A stretch of 64,000 nt of DNA. It comes from an uncultured Bacteroidota bacterium. Its GTDB lineage: Bacteria > Bacteroidota > Bacteroidia > Chitinophagales > Chitinophagaceae. The notes under the pieces are model-generated. The model was not told the origin of the DNA and searched no databases. It worked only from the letters and a program-made list of their open reading frames with translations. This document shows, one piece after another, positions 50,155-59,240 of the stretch (its first letter is position 1; the number at the start of each line of letters is the position of its first letter). The position numbers and the translations under genes were made by a program. The stretch is taken from assembly GCA_963759335.1 (NCBI GenBank), contig CAVWYU010000014.1:163551-227550 (forward strand), read 5' to 3'.

Positions 50155-52965
50155 TAGCGTTCGTTTCACTTCTTCTTCCTCATATGCCTCAACAATATCT
50201 CCTACATGATAGTCGGTATAATTTTTTATAACGATACCGCATTCCATGCCTGATGGTACTTCTTTCACATCATCCTTAAATCTTTTCAGGGATGCCAGTT
50301 CTGCCGTTGCACCTTCTCCGATCGGATAGACCACAATACCGTCGCGAACCAGCCGGATCTTTGAATTCCGGTAAATTTTTCCATCCAGTACATAACAACC
50401 GGCAACCGTCGCTTTGTCGAATTTGAATACGTTTCTGATTTCGACATTGGCAACGACTTTTTCCTGGATCTTCGGCTCCAGCATCCCTTCCATCGCGCTC
50501 TTCACTTCTTCGATCGCATTATAAATAATGGAGTATGTTTTGATTTGCACCCCTTCATTTTCAGCCAGTCTCGCCGCCTGAACAGAAGGCCGGACGTTAA
50601 ATCCAACCACAACCGCATCGGATGCTGTTGCAAGAAGAACATCACTTTCGGTAATCGCACCCACTGCTTTATGAACCACTTTTACGGCTATTTCTTCGGT
50701 GGAGAGTTTCTGAAGTGAATCGCTCAGTGCTTCTACCGATCCATCCACATCACCTTTCAGAATCAGATTCAGTTCCTTAAAGTTACCCAGTGCCAGTCGA
50801 CGACCGATTTCATCCAGCGTGATATGTTTCTTGGTCCGAATACCCTGTTCGCGTGCCAGCTGACCCCGTCTGTTGGCGGTTTCCTTAGCTTCTGCTTCAT
50901 CTGCAAAAACCTTGAATTTTTCACCAGCCTGCGGAGCACCATTCAGGCCAAGCAATAGTACCGGCGAGGATGGCGGCGCATCTTCAATTTTCTTATTCCT
51001 TTCATTAAACATGGCCTTGATACGTCCGAAATACTGACCGGATACCACGAGGTCTCCGCTTTTCAGTGTTCCGCCCTGAACCAGCACCGTAGCCACATAA
51101 CCCCTTCCTTTATCCAGGGAGGCTTCTATCACCGTACCGGATGCTTCCCGTTTCGGATTGGATTTCAGATCAAGAATTTCTGCTTCCAGAAGGATTTTTT
51201 CCAGTAAAAGATCCACATTCAGACCCTTTTTGGCAGAAATCTCCTGGCTCTGGTACTTACCACCCCAGTCTTCCACCAGGATGTTCATACCCGCGAGTTG
51301 TTCCTTTATTTTTTCAGGATTTGCTCCTTCCTTGTCAATTTTATTGATGGCAAAAACCATCGGCAGATTCGCCGCCTGGGCATGCGATATCGCTTCTTTG
51401 GTTTGTGGCATGATGGCATCATCGGCTGCGATCACGATGATCGCAATATCCGCAGCCTTGGCACCACGGGCACGCATGGCCGTAAAGGCTTCGTGACCCG
51501 GCGTATCCAGGAAGGTGATTTTTTTACCGTTTGCCGTCGTAACCTGGTAAGCACCAATATGCTGTGTGATACCACCGGCTTCACCCGCAACCACATTGGC
51601 AACGCGGATAAAATCCAGTAATGAGGTCTTACCATGATCCACATGACCCATGATGGTAACCACCGGAGAACGCGGCAGCAGATCCTCGGGCGTATCAACA
51701 ACTTCATCTTCTTCCAGCTCCAGTGCATCGTCAATTCCGATGAATTCAACCGTATATCCAAATTCACCGGCTACCAGTTCAATCACATCAGCTTCCAGGC
51801 GCTGGTTGATGGACACCATCATGCCCAGACTCATACATTTACTGATGATATCGGCATAACTCACATCGATCAGGTTGGCCAGCTCACTCACACTGATAAA
51901 CTCAGTAACCTGAAGTTTGGTGCTCTCCTGCTGTTCGCTTCCGCTGGCTTCCGCATTTTCTTCCCTGCGTGCCCGGCGGTATTTTGCCTTACTGCCTCTT
52001 CCGCGCCCACCTGTTCCGGCCAGCTTGGCCTGGGTTTCACGGATCTTTTCCTGAATTTCTTTCTTATCAATTTCTTTCTGGTCGCGGGGAGTAGCCGCAC
52101 TGCGGTTCGTAGCACTGGCTGGTGAACGGAGATCACGACGCAGAATCGGTTTCGCACCACTGCTCGGACGTGTTGGTTCCCGTTGCACAGGTGTTCCGGT
52201 GCCTGACGGTTTACCATTATTATTTCCGCCTTCCCTCTTTTCGATGGGAATACGTTTTCTTTTCCTTTTCTCATCCAGCTGTTTGGGCTTTTCCGTTTCA
52301 ACGGGCAGGTCTATTTTGCCCAGAATACGCGGCCCTTCAATCTTGTCAACCAGGATGTTCTCAATGTTTGCTTCTTCTTCCTTCTCAACCTCGGGAACGG
52401 CGACTTCTGCAATGATTTCTTCAGGTTTCTCAACAGGTACAACGGGTTTTTCTTCCGGAACAACCACCTTTTCTTCAGGTTCCTTTTTCTTTACTGTTTT
52501 CTTTGGCCTGGTGGAAGAATCGATCTGGGAGAGATCTATTTTATCGATGATTTTCGGACCTTCTAATTCAGGCGCTTCGATTTTGATCGTTTCCGGTTCC
52601 TTTTTAGGTTCTTCAACCTTTGCAATGACGACCGGTTTTACTTCTTCAACGACCACAGGAACCGGTTCTTCTTTTACCGGTTTCTTTTCCGGACCTTTCC
52701 GGAAGAGAACAGTTTCATCCTCTTTCTTGCGTTTGGCCTCTACACTTCCTTTCGGAAGATCAATCTGGTTACTTTTGATCTTAGCTACTTTGTCTCCCTG
52801 GAATTCCTGTTGGAGGGACCGGTACATTTCGTCGGTAAGCTTGGCGGTTGGTTTCAGATCGTCCTTACTAAACCCCTTGCCTACCAGGAAGTCCACCAGC
52901 GTTTCCTTGCCGATGTTGAATTCCTTGGCTGCTGCCATTAAACGTGGTGATGTCGTTTCTGCCAT
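50152..52965 (-). CDS. infB: Translation initiation factor IF-2
   Basis: [20 protein letters not shown] and [12 protein letters not shown] motifs; start at MAETT (52965). Confidence 0.97.
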   Translation of the reverse strand: MAETTSPRLMAAAKEFNIGKETLVDFLVGKGFSKDDLKPTAKLTDEMYRSLQQEFQGDKVAKIKSNQIDLPKGSVEAKRKKEDETVLFRKGPEKKPVKEEPVPVVVEEVKPVVIAKVEEPKKEPETIKIEAPELEGPKIIDKIDLSQIDSSTRPKKTVKKKEPEEKVVVPEEKPVVPVEKPEEIIAEVAVPEVEKEEEANIENILVDKIEGPRILGKIDLPVETEKPKQLDEKRKRKRIPIEKREGGNNNGKPSGTGTPVQREPTRPSSGAKPILRRDLRSPASATNRSAATPRDQKEIDKKEIQEKIRETQAKLAGTGGRGRGSKAKYRRARREENAEASGSEQQESTKLQVTEFISVSELANLIDVSYADIISKCMSLGMMVSINQRLEADVIELVAGEFGYTVEFIGIDDALELEEDEVVDTPEDLLPRSPVVTIMGHVDHGKTSLLDFIRVANVVAGEAGGITQHIGAYQVTTANGKKITFLDTPGHEAFTAMRARGAKAADIAIIVIAADDAIMPQTKEAISHAQAANLPMVFAINKIDKEGANPEKIKEQLAGMNILVEDWGGKYQSQEISAKKGLNVDLLLEKILLEAEILDLKSNPKREASGTVIEASLDKGRGYVATVLVQGGTLKSGDLVVSGQYFGRIKAMFNERNKKIEDAPPSSPVLLLGLNGAPQAGEKFKVFADEAEAKETANRRGQLAREQGIRTKKHITLDEIGRRLALGNFKELNLILKGDVDGSVEALSDSLQKLSTEEIAVKVVHKAVGAITESDVLLATASDAVVVGFNVRPSVQAARLAENEGVQIKTYSIIYNAIEEVKSAMEGMLEPKIQEKVVANVEIRNVFKFDKATVAGCYVLDGKIYRNSKIRLVRDGIVVYPIGEGATAELASLKRFKDDVKEVPSGMECGIVIKNYTDYHVGDIVEAYEEEEVKRTL

Positions 52966-53071
52966 ATGAATTGTGTCCATGAACTGCCGGTCCGTCCATG
53001 GACCAGCGTCATGTTGTTATAAATAATTTATAATGAAGAACTCCCGTAATCATAAAATCATGATTATAGGT

Positions 53072-54319
53072 TTATTCTTTTTCGAATTCTTCTTTCAGTA
53101 CCCGACGTACTTCTTCTATCGTTTCTTTTTCCAGGTCAGTTCTGCGTTCCAGCTCTTCTACCGACAAATCCAGTACACTATGGGCTGTATCGCAACCGAT
53201 TCTTTTCAGTTCATCAATGATCCATGTTTCGATTTCATCACTGAATTCATCCAGATCGATATCAAATTCTGTGGTCTCACCTTCATTGTCACGGAATACA
53301 TCGATGGAATATCCTGTCAACTCCTGGGCCAGTTTAATATTCACTCCCTTCCTTCCGATGGCCAGTGAAACCTGATCCGGTTTTAAATAGACATTTACAT
53401 GCATCTTTTCGCTGTCTATATCCATACTCGTAATCTTGGATGGCGTCAGCGAACGTTGCAGCAGCAACTGAATATTATTTGTATAATTGATAACATCAAT
53501 ATTTTCATTTTTCAGCTCGCGCACGATACCGTGGATACGGCTGCCCTTCATACCCACGCAGGCTCCTACCGGGTCAATACGATCGTCATAGGATTCTACG
53601 GCCACTTTCGCTCTTTCACCGGGTTCACGTACAATTTTCTTGATAACGATCAGACCGTCGAATATTTCCGGCACTTCTATCTCAAGCAGCTTGGACAGAA
53701 ATAAAGGACTGGTACGGGAAAGTATGATAACCGGTGAATTATTCTTCATGTCTACTTTCTTCACCACGGACCGGATGCTTTCTCCTTTTTTGAAATAATC
53801 CTGGGGTATCTGTTCTGACTTGGGAAGAATCAGCTCATTGCCTTCTTCGTCCAGCAGCAGAATTTCTTTTTTCCATACCTGGTATACTTCCGCATTGATG
53901 ATTTCGCCAATACGTTCGCTGTACTTTTTGACGAGTACATTCTTTTTCAGGTCACCGATACGGCTGGCCAGGGTTTGTTTTGCCGCCAGGATTGCCCGGC
54001 GTCCGAAATCGAGGATCTCAATTTCTTCATAGAGGTCTTCTCCCACTTCATAATCCGGTTCCAGTTTAACCGCATCGCTGTAGGCTATCTGTGCCAGGGG
54101 ATCTTCCACTGCTCCATTCTCCACAATTGTACGTCTGCGCATGATTTCAAGGTCTCCCTTTTCGGCATTCACAATTACGTCAAAATTCTCATCACTCCCG
54201 TATTTTTTACGCAACAGGGTTTTAAATACATCTTCTACCACTTTCATCATGGTAGGACGGTCAATATTTTCGGCTTCCTTAAAGTCCTGGAAAGCTTCGA
54301 TTAAATTGATACTTGCCAT
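53072..54319 (-). CDS. nusA: Transcription factor NusA
   Basis: FGRRA...AKQ, REPGERAKVAV and GACVGMKGSRI motifs. Confidence 0.97.
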   Translation of the reverse strand: MASINLIEAFQDFKEAENIDRPTMMKVVEDVFKTLLRKKYGSDENFDVIVNAEKGDLEIMRRRTIVENGAVEDPLAQIAYSDAVKLEPDYEVGEDLYEEIEILDFGRRAILAAKQTLASRIGDLKKNVLVKKYSERIGEIINAEVYQVWKKEILLLDEEGNELILPKSEQIPQDYFKKGESIRSVVKKVDMKNNSPVIILSRTSPLFLSKLLEIEVPEIFDGLIVIKKIVREPGERAKVAVESYDDRIDPVGACVGMKGSRIHGIVRELKNENIDVINYTNNIQLLLQRSLTPSKITSMDIDSEKMHVNVYLKPDQVSLAIGRKGVNIKLAQELTGYSIDVFRDNEGETTEFDIDLDEFSDEIETWIIDELKRIGCDTAHSVLDLSVEELERRTDLEKETIEEVRRVLKEEFEKE

Positions 54320-54340
54320 GGCGTTCCTTTTTTTATCCAG

Positions 54341-54832
54341 TTAAAAAACAATCTGGATCTTTGTTGATTTTATATTGTTGAATAAATAACTATGTGAACT
54401 GATCTCTTTCTTCTTCGATTGCAATTTCCCGTTGGAAACCTTGCCAGTTGTCTCTTCCAGCACAATCCCTTCTTCATTTACTGCCGTCAGCTGTCCTTCT
54501 TTCTGCGATCCGTCCTGGAAATGAACCTCCACCTGCCGGCCAATATTCTTTTTATACTGGCGTAATAATTTGAGTGGCTCATCCAATCCGGCAGAAGATA
54601 CTTCCAGTGAAAAATCACCTTCAGGAAACATAGCTGCCTCTTCCAGTTTCTTATAGAGCTTTCGGTTTACCTGTACACATTTCTCAATTGTGATGCCGGA
54701 ATCTCCGTCCAGAAAAACCTTTATATTATTTGTTGGCTTGATCCGAAGATCTACCAGGAAATAAACCGGCTCTTCTTCGAGGATTTCCCCGATCATTCTC
54801 CGAATGCTTTCAATTTGGATTTCCTTGTCCAT
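54341..54832 (-). CDS. rimP: Ribosome maturation factor RimP
   Basis: LEVSSAGLDEPL motif; first gene of rimP-nusA-infB. Confidence 0.93.
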   Translation of the reverse strand: MDKEIQIESIRRMIGEILEEEPVYFLVDLRIKPTNNIKVFLDGDSGITIEKCVQVNRKLYKKLEEAAMFPEGDFSLEVSSAGLDEPLKLLRQYKKNIGRQVEVHFQDGSQKEGQLTAVNEEGIVLEETTGKVSNGKLQSKKKEISSHSYLFNNIKSTKIQIVF

Positions 54833-54842
54833 ACGAAAAGAA

Positions 54843-54866
54843 GAAGGGAACGATTGCGTTCCCTTC
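54843..54866 (-). promoter_or_regulatory. rimP leader hairpin
   Basis: GAAGGGAACG-ATTG-CGTTCCCTTC, a perfect 10-bp stem 10 nt before the ATG. Confidence 0.6.
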
Positions 54867-54889
54867 CTGTTGTTTCACTATACCGGCTG

Positions 54890-54897
54890 CAAATTTA
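54890..54897 (-). promoter_or_regulatory. -7 element TAAATTTG (rimP operon)
   Basis: Exact TAnnTTTG. Confidence 0.6.
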
Positions 54898-54989
54898 ACG
54901 GTTTTATTCGATTCCTCCCAAATATGGTATTTAATTTGCCCTTAGGTTTTAACAGTGTTATTGTCGTTACTGCATTAATTTTGTATGAC

Positions 54990-55274
54990 ATGAATGTTTT
55001 TGTACTCGCCATATTAATTTACCTGCTTTACCGGTTTATCGCCGGCTTCCTGATTCCGGTGATCAGAACAACCAGTCATGTGCGCCAGCAGTTCACTAAT
55101 ATGAATAAGCAGGCTCAGGAGAACGGTCCAACGCCCAACGCTCAACGCTCAACGCATAACGCCCAACGTTCAACGCCCAACGCCCAAGGCCCAACGCCTA
55201 ACGAACATCGTAATGGCGCACATTCCGGAACTCCAAAAGTGGGAGAATACATTGATTTTGAGGAAGTCAAGTAA
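54990..55274 (+). CDS. Small membrane protein (DUF4834-like) with internal heptamer array
   Basis: N-terminal TM helix, C-terminal GEYIDFEEVK; TAATTTTG promoter element at 54976-54983. Confidence 0.75.
   Translation: MNVFVLAILIYLLYRFIAGFLIPVIRTTSHVRQQFTNMNKQAQENGPTPNAQRSTHNAQRSTPNAQGPTPNEHRNGAHSGTPKVGEYIDFEEVK
55129..55205 (+). repeat. CAACGCY heptamer x11 inside the CDS
   Basis: Encodes PTPNAQRSTHNAQRSTPNAQGPTPNE. Confidence 0.92.
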
Positions 55275-55430
55275 ATTCTGGCCTACGGCCAGAATTTACA
55301 GTGTGGAAGTATGGAAGACTGGAAGTCTGGAAGTGGAACTTTGCCTCGCCACCGAAGCTTCAGCGAAGGTGGGCCAACCGTCAACCGTCAACCGCCAACC
55401 GTCAACCGCCAACCGTCAACCGTCAACGAA
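55271..55430. repeat. 13-bp hairpin, octamer x4, GAAGCTTC-centred palindrome, CAACCGY x8
   Basis: GTAAATTCTGGCC-TAC-GGCCAGAATTTAC (55271-55299), octamers 55301-55338, heptamers 55375-55430. Confidence 0.9.
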
Positions 55431-55433
55431 ACC

Positions 55434-56067
55434 TCACCAGCGAATATCCGTTATAAAGAACCCCGGCGGCAGGTAAAGCCCTTTTAGCCCCGTCTTTAGC
55501 GCTCCTTCCACATTGATAAAGGCATCGTCCACGAAAAGCGTTTGTTTCGGATCCAGGCCGTTTTCCCGGATAATCAGTTCAAATCCGCCGGTGTCGGGTT
55601 TGCGATGACCCAGGGAATGAGAGAAATAGGCCTTTTCAAAAAGATCTTCCAGCTCGCCGCTAAAGGAATTCCGGTAGATCTCGGCGAATTTATTATAATG
55701 AATGGCGTTCGTATTACTGAAAAGGAAAAGCCGGTACCGGGTTTTGATTTCTTTGAGCAGGGAAATCCTTTCCGGAGGAAAGTGAAGCAGCAGGGCGTTC
55801 CATGCGTCAATGACAGCTTCGTCAGTAATCTCCACGGTGTTATCATCTGCTTCCTCGGTAAGAAGCTTTTTTATTTCCTTTAGAAATTCTTCATCCGAAA
55901 TCCTGCCGGCTTCATGGTCGCTGAAAAAAGAAGCGGCGAAACCATGACCGAAATAGTTCTCGATATTTTTTATTCCCAACTTCGAAAAGGCCTTGCAGGG
56001 TTTGTTTCACGTCGATGTCCATGATCACACCGCCTAAATCGAAGATTATATTTTTTATATTTTCCAT
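55434..56067 (-). pseudogene. HAD family phosphatase with a +1 frameshift (or sequencing error)
   Basis: ATG 56067 gives MENIKNIIFDLGGVIMDID (HAD motif I), out of frame by 1 nt with the 55434..55979 ORF (FSNTN, RKPD, FVDD). Confidence 0.75.
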
Positions 56068-56077
56068 TTTTTATGTC

Positions 56078-56229
56078 TAAAGCCCAAAGCTCAAAGCCTA
56101 AAACCAGTAAGGTTTTAGAGTTTAAATTTCAAGTCCGATTTAGAAATTTTTATATAAAATTATTTATTACTCATTAACACTCATTTTCATTCTCAGTTTT
56201 GGGCTTTAGGCTTTCGGCTTTAGGCTTGA
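56078..56229. repeat. Inverted YAAAGCC heptamer arrays around an AT-rich spacer
   Basis: TAAAGCC CAAAGCT CAAAGCC TAAAACC (56078-56105) ... GGGCTTT AGGCTTT CGGCTTT AGGCTTG (to 56228). Confidence 0.88.
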
Positions 56230-58554
56230 CTAGTCTTTTGCTTTTTGTTTCAAACCAGTTTTAGGCTTTACGCTTTGTGCATTAGGCTCCAAACCTGTAA
56301 GGTCCGCAGATACAACATCGCGCGAATTACCACCCACCATAATTTTAAATGCACCCGGATCATACACCCATTTCAGATCACTGTTCACATATTCAAGATC
56401 CTTCGTCGTCAGACTAAAACTGATTTCTTTGCTTTCGCCTTTTTTCAGATATACCTTCTGGAATTTTTTCAATTCTTTCACGGGTTGTGTAACGGATGCA
56501 ACCATATCCCTGATATACAGCTGCGCGGTTTCTTCCCCGTCATAATTTCCACTATTGGTGACCGTTAGTTTGACCGTTATAGGCGCGGAAGGTGAAATGG
56601 CTGGTGTATTCAGAGAAATCGGACTGTAATCAAATTTTGTGTAACTCAAACCATAACCGAAAGGATACAGGGGATCATTGGACATGTCGAGATAGTCTGA
56701 TTTGAATTTCGTATTCGGATCACCGGTAGTATAAGGGCGGCCTGTATTTTTTGCGTTGTAATAAATGGGAATCTGTCCCTGGCTCACCGGGAACGTCATC
56801 GATAGTTTTCCGGAAGGATTATAATCGCCGAATAAAACATCTGCGATCGCATGGCCGGCTTCCGTGCCCGGAAACCAGGCATCGAGTATCGCACCCACAT
56901 GATCATTCTCCCATTTCAGAATAAGCGGTCTGCCATTAAATAATACAACAACAACCGGCTTACCTGTTTTCACAAGCGCCTTCAATAAATTCTCCTGGCT
57001 TTCAGGGATCGTGATTTCACCGCGGCTGGCGGATTCGCCACTCATATCGGCGGCTTCCCCAACCACTGCTACCACCACATCTGATTTGTTGGCCGCAGCA
57101 ACCGCCTCGTCAATCATGGCTTCCGCAGTTCTTGTTTCCGGTTCAATCTCGATGCCCAATTTATTGGTGCGGAATACAAGCATCGTATCGTCCGAGATAT
57201 TCGCTCCTTTGGCGTAAACGATATTTACGTCATGAGCCACATTTTTTATTCCTTCCATCACGGTAACAGATTTTGATGGATCGCCCGATACCGACCAGGT
57301 GCCCAGCATATTCCGGTGATTATCCGCCAGCGGACCCACCAGCGCTATAGTGCCGGATTTTTTTAATGGTAATAACTGATTATTATTTTTCAGTAATACA
57401 AAACTATGCGCAGCTACCTCGCGTGACATTTTACGATTATCCGGTGATAGCAGTTCCTTCACGGCTCTGTCTGCATTCATTCTGTTATAAGGATCTTTAA
57501 ACAATCCCAGTTTATATTTTGCTTCCAGAATGCGGCGGCAGGCCTGATCAATTTCTTTCTGTGTTATTTTCCCCGATTGAAAAGATTTTTTCAATGTGTT
57601 CAGATATCCTTCACTCACCATATCCATATCGAGCCCGGCGTGCAACGCGAGCGCAGATACCGTTGATATGTCGCCCATACCATGCGCTTCCATTTCACTC
57701 AGCGAAGTATAGTCTGAAACGACCAGACCATTAAATTTCCATTGATTGCGCAGCAAATCCGTCAGCAGCCATCGGTTACCCGTGGCCGGTATACCATCAA
57801 TTTCATTGAAGGAGCTCATCACAGAAGCACAACCCGCATCGATGGCGGCCTTATAGGGAGGCAGGTAGTATTGAAACATTTTAATCCGGCTCATATCAAC
57901 CGTATTGTATTCACGTCCGCCTTCTGCGCCACCGTATAATGCAAAGTGTTTTACACAGGCCATTACCGTTTCATTATTGTTCAGATCTTTCCCCTGATAT
58001 CCATGTACGATGGCGGCAGCTATTTGGGAACCCAGATAAGGGTCTTCGCCCGATCCTTCTGAAACCCTTCCCCAGCGCGGATCACGGGCGATGTCAACCA
58101 TAGGAGAAAAAGCCCAGGCGAGGCCATCAGCACTGGCTTCACGCGCAGCAGTCCTTGCTGTTTTTTCAATCAGATCCATATCCCAGGTGCAGGAGAGACC
58201 TAATGGAATCGGGAACATCGTCCGGTGACCATGTATCACGTCCAGACCGAAAATCAGCGGTATATGCAAACGGGAATCTTTCACTGCAATATCCTGTGCC
58301 TGTCTGACCTTATCCGGACCCGTGATGCCAAACAAACCACCCACATTTCCTGCGCGGATTTTATCGTTCACATTTTTACTGACTACAGTACCCGTAACAG
58401 CACCGCCGGGAATAACGAGATTGAGCTGGCCGATTTTTTCTTCAACGGTCATCCTGGCCATCAGTTTGGAAATGAAATCATTCATTTTGGCATCCTGTGC
58501 CCGCGTCAGACTCACAGAGATCAGCATTATAAAAATCGTCAGAACCTTTTTCAT
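56230..58554 (-). CDS. bglX: GH3 beta-glucosidase BglX
   Basis: EEKIGQL, DVIHG, RDPRWGR, KHFA and SDY nucleophile motifs; Fn3-like C-terminus. Confidence 0.93.
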   Translation of the reverse strand: MKKVLTIFIMLISVSLTRAQDAKMNDFISKLMARMTVEEKIGQLNLVIPGGAVTGTVVSKNVNDKIRAGNVGGLFGITGPDKVRQAQDIAVKDSRLHIPLIFGLDVIHGHRTMFPIPLGLSCTWDMDLIEKTARTAAREASADGLAWAFSPMVDIARDPRWGRVSEGSGEDPYLGSQIAAAIVHGYQGKDLNNNETVMACVKHFALYGGAEGGREYNTVDMSRIKMFQYYLPPYKAAIDAGCASVMSSFNEIDGIPATGNRWLLTDLLRNQWKFNGLVVSDYTSLSEMEAHGMGDISTVSALALHAGLDMDMVSEGYLNTLKKSFQSGKITQKEIDQACRRILEAKYKLGLFKDPYNRMNADRAVKELLSPDNRKMSREVAAHSFVLLKNNNQLLPLKKSGTIALVGPLADNHRNMLGTWSVSGDPSKSVTVMEGIKNVAHDVNIVYAKGANISDDTMLVFRTNKLGIEIEPETRTAEAMIDEAVAAANKSDVVVAVVGEAADMSGESASRGEITIPESQENLLKALVKTGKPVVVVLFNGRPLILKWENDHVGAILDAWFPGTEAGHAIADVLFGDYNPSGKLSMTFPVSQGQIPIYYNAKNTGRPYTTGDPNTKFKSDYLDMSNDPLYPFGYGLSYTKFDYSPISLNTPAISPSAPITVKLTVTNSGNYDGEETAQLYIRDMVASVTQPVKELKKFQKVYLKKGESKEISFSLTTKDLEYVNSDLKWVYDPGAFKIMVGGNSRDVVSADLTGLEPNAQSVKPKTGLKQKAKD

Positions 58555-58560
58555 GTTGGT

Positions 58561-59217
58561 TTATTTTGATAAGTAGGGAAAAATTTCTTTTTGCCAGATC
58601 GCGTAACCTTTTGCATTCATGTGCAGATTATCCTCCAGAAAAATATCTGTCATGACAGTACCATCCGGGTTCAGCATTTTATGATACACATCTACGAATG
58701 CTGTATTGGGTATAATGGATAGAAAAGTCTGGATGAGCGTGTTGGCCTGTTCCATTTTTTCTTTTAACCTGAGCCTGCTCGGACTCGGCTTGATGGAAAC
58801 ATATACGATATTCTCGCCGGGCAGTCCAACCCGGATCGCTTCGAATAAAACCCTGAACCGTTCAAATACAGAGTCCGCTGTAATTGCATCAGAAGACGCA
58901 AGATCATTATCACCGCAATAAATCACTACCTGTTTCGGATGATAGGGAATGATAATATCATTTACATACCGGATCACATCCGGAAAGGTCGATCCGCCGA
59001 ATCCTCTGTTAATAATGGTAAAACCCGGAAAGTAATTGTTTATGTCCGTCCATTTCCGGAAAGAAGAGCTGCCGACAAAGAGAATCGCATTGGCCGGCGG
59101 CGGATTTATTTTATCCTGATTTTTAAACGCCTGTATCTCGTCAGCAAAGGGTTGCGCGAAACTTCGAACAGATGCAAAAATGCAAACGATAAAAAGAAGA
59201 TGTTTATAAAATCTCAT
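58561..59217 (-). CDS. SGNH/GDSL esterase
   Basis: GSSS, NRGFGGS, GDND and DNLH motifs. Confidence 0.88.
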   Translation of the reverse strand: MRFYKHLLFIVCIFASVRSFAQPFADEIQAFKNQDKINPPPANAILFVGSSSFRKWTDINNYFPGFTIINRGFGGSTFPDVIRYVNDIIIPYHPKQVVIYCGDNDLASSDAITADSVFERFRVLFEAIRVGLPGENIVYVSIKPSPSRLRLKEKMEQANTLIQTFLSIIPNTAFVDVYHKMLNPDGTVMTDIFLEDNLHMNAKGYAIWQKEIFPYLSK

Positions 59218-59240
59218 GTTTGTTAGTTTTTATGAAAAGA

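Noticed and set aside
52199-52969. 256-aa plus-strand ORF opposite infB
   Set aside because: Shadow of the K/E/P-rich IF-2 N-terminus; S/F/T-rich and without family features.
56001-56020. TGTTTCACGT as a parS site
   Set aside because: Only a half-site; the second arm does not match and it lies in coding sequence.
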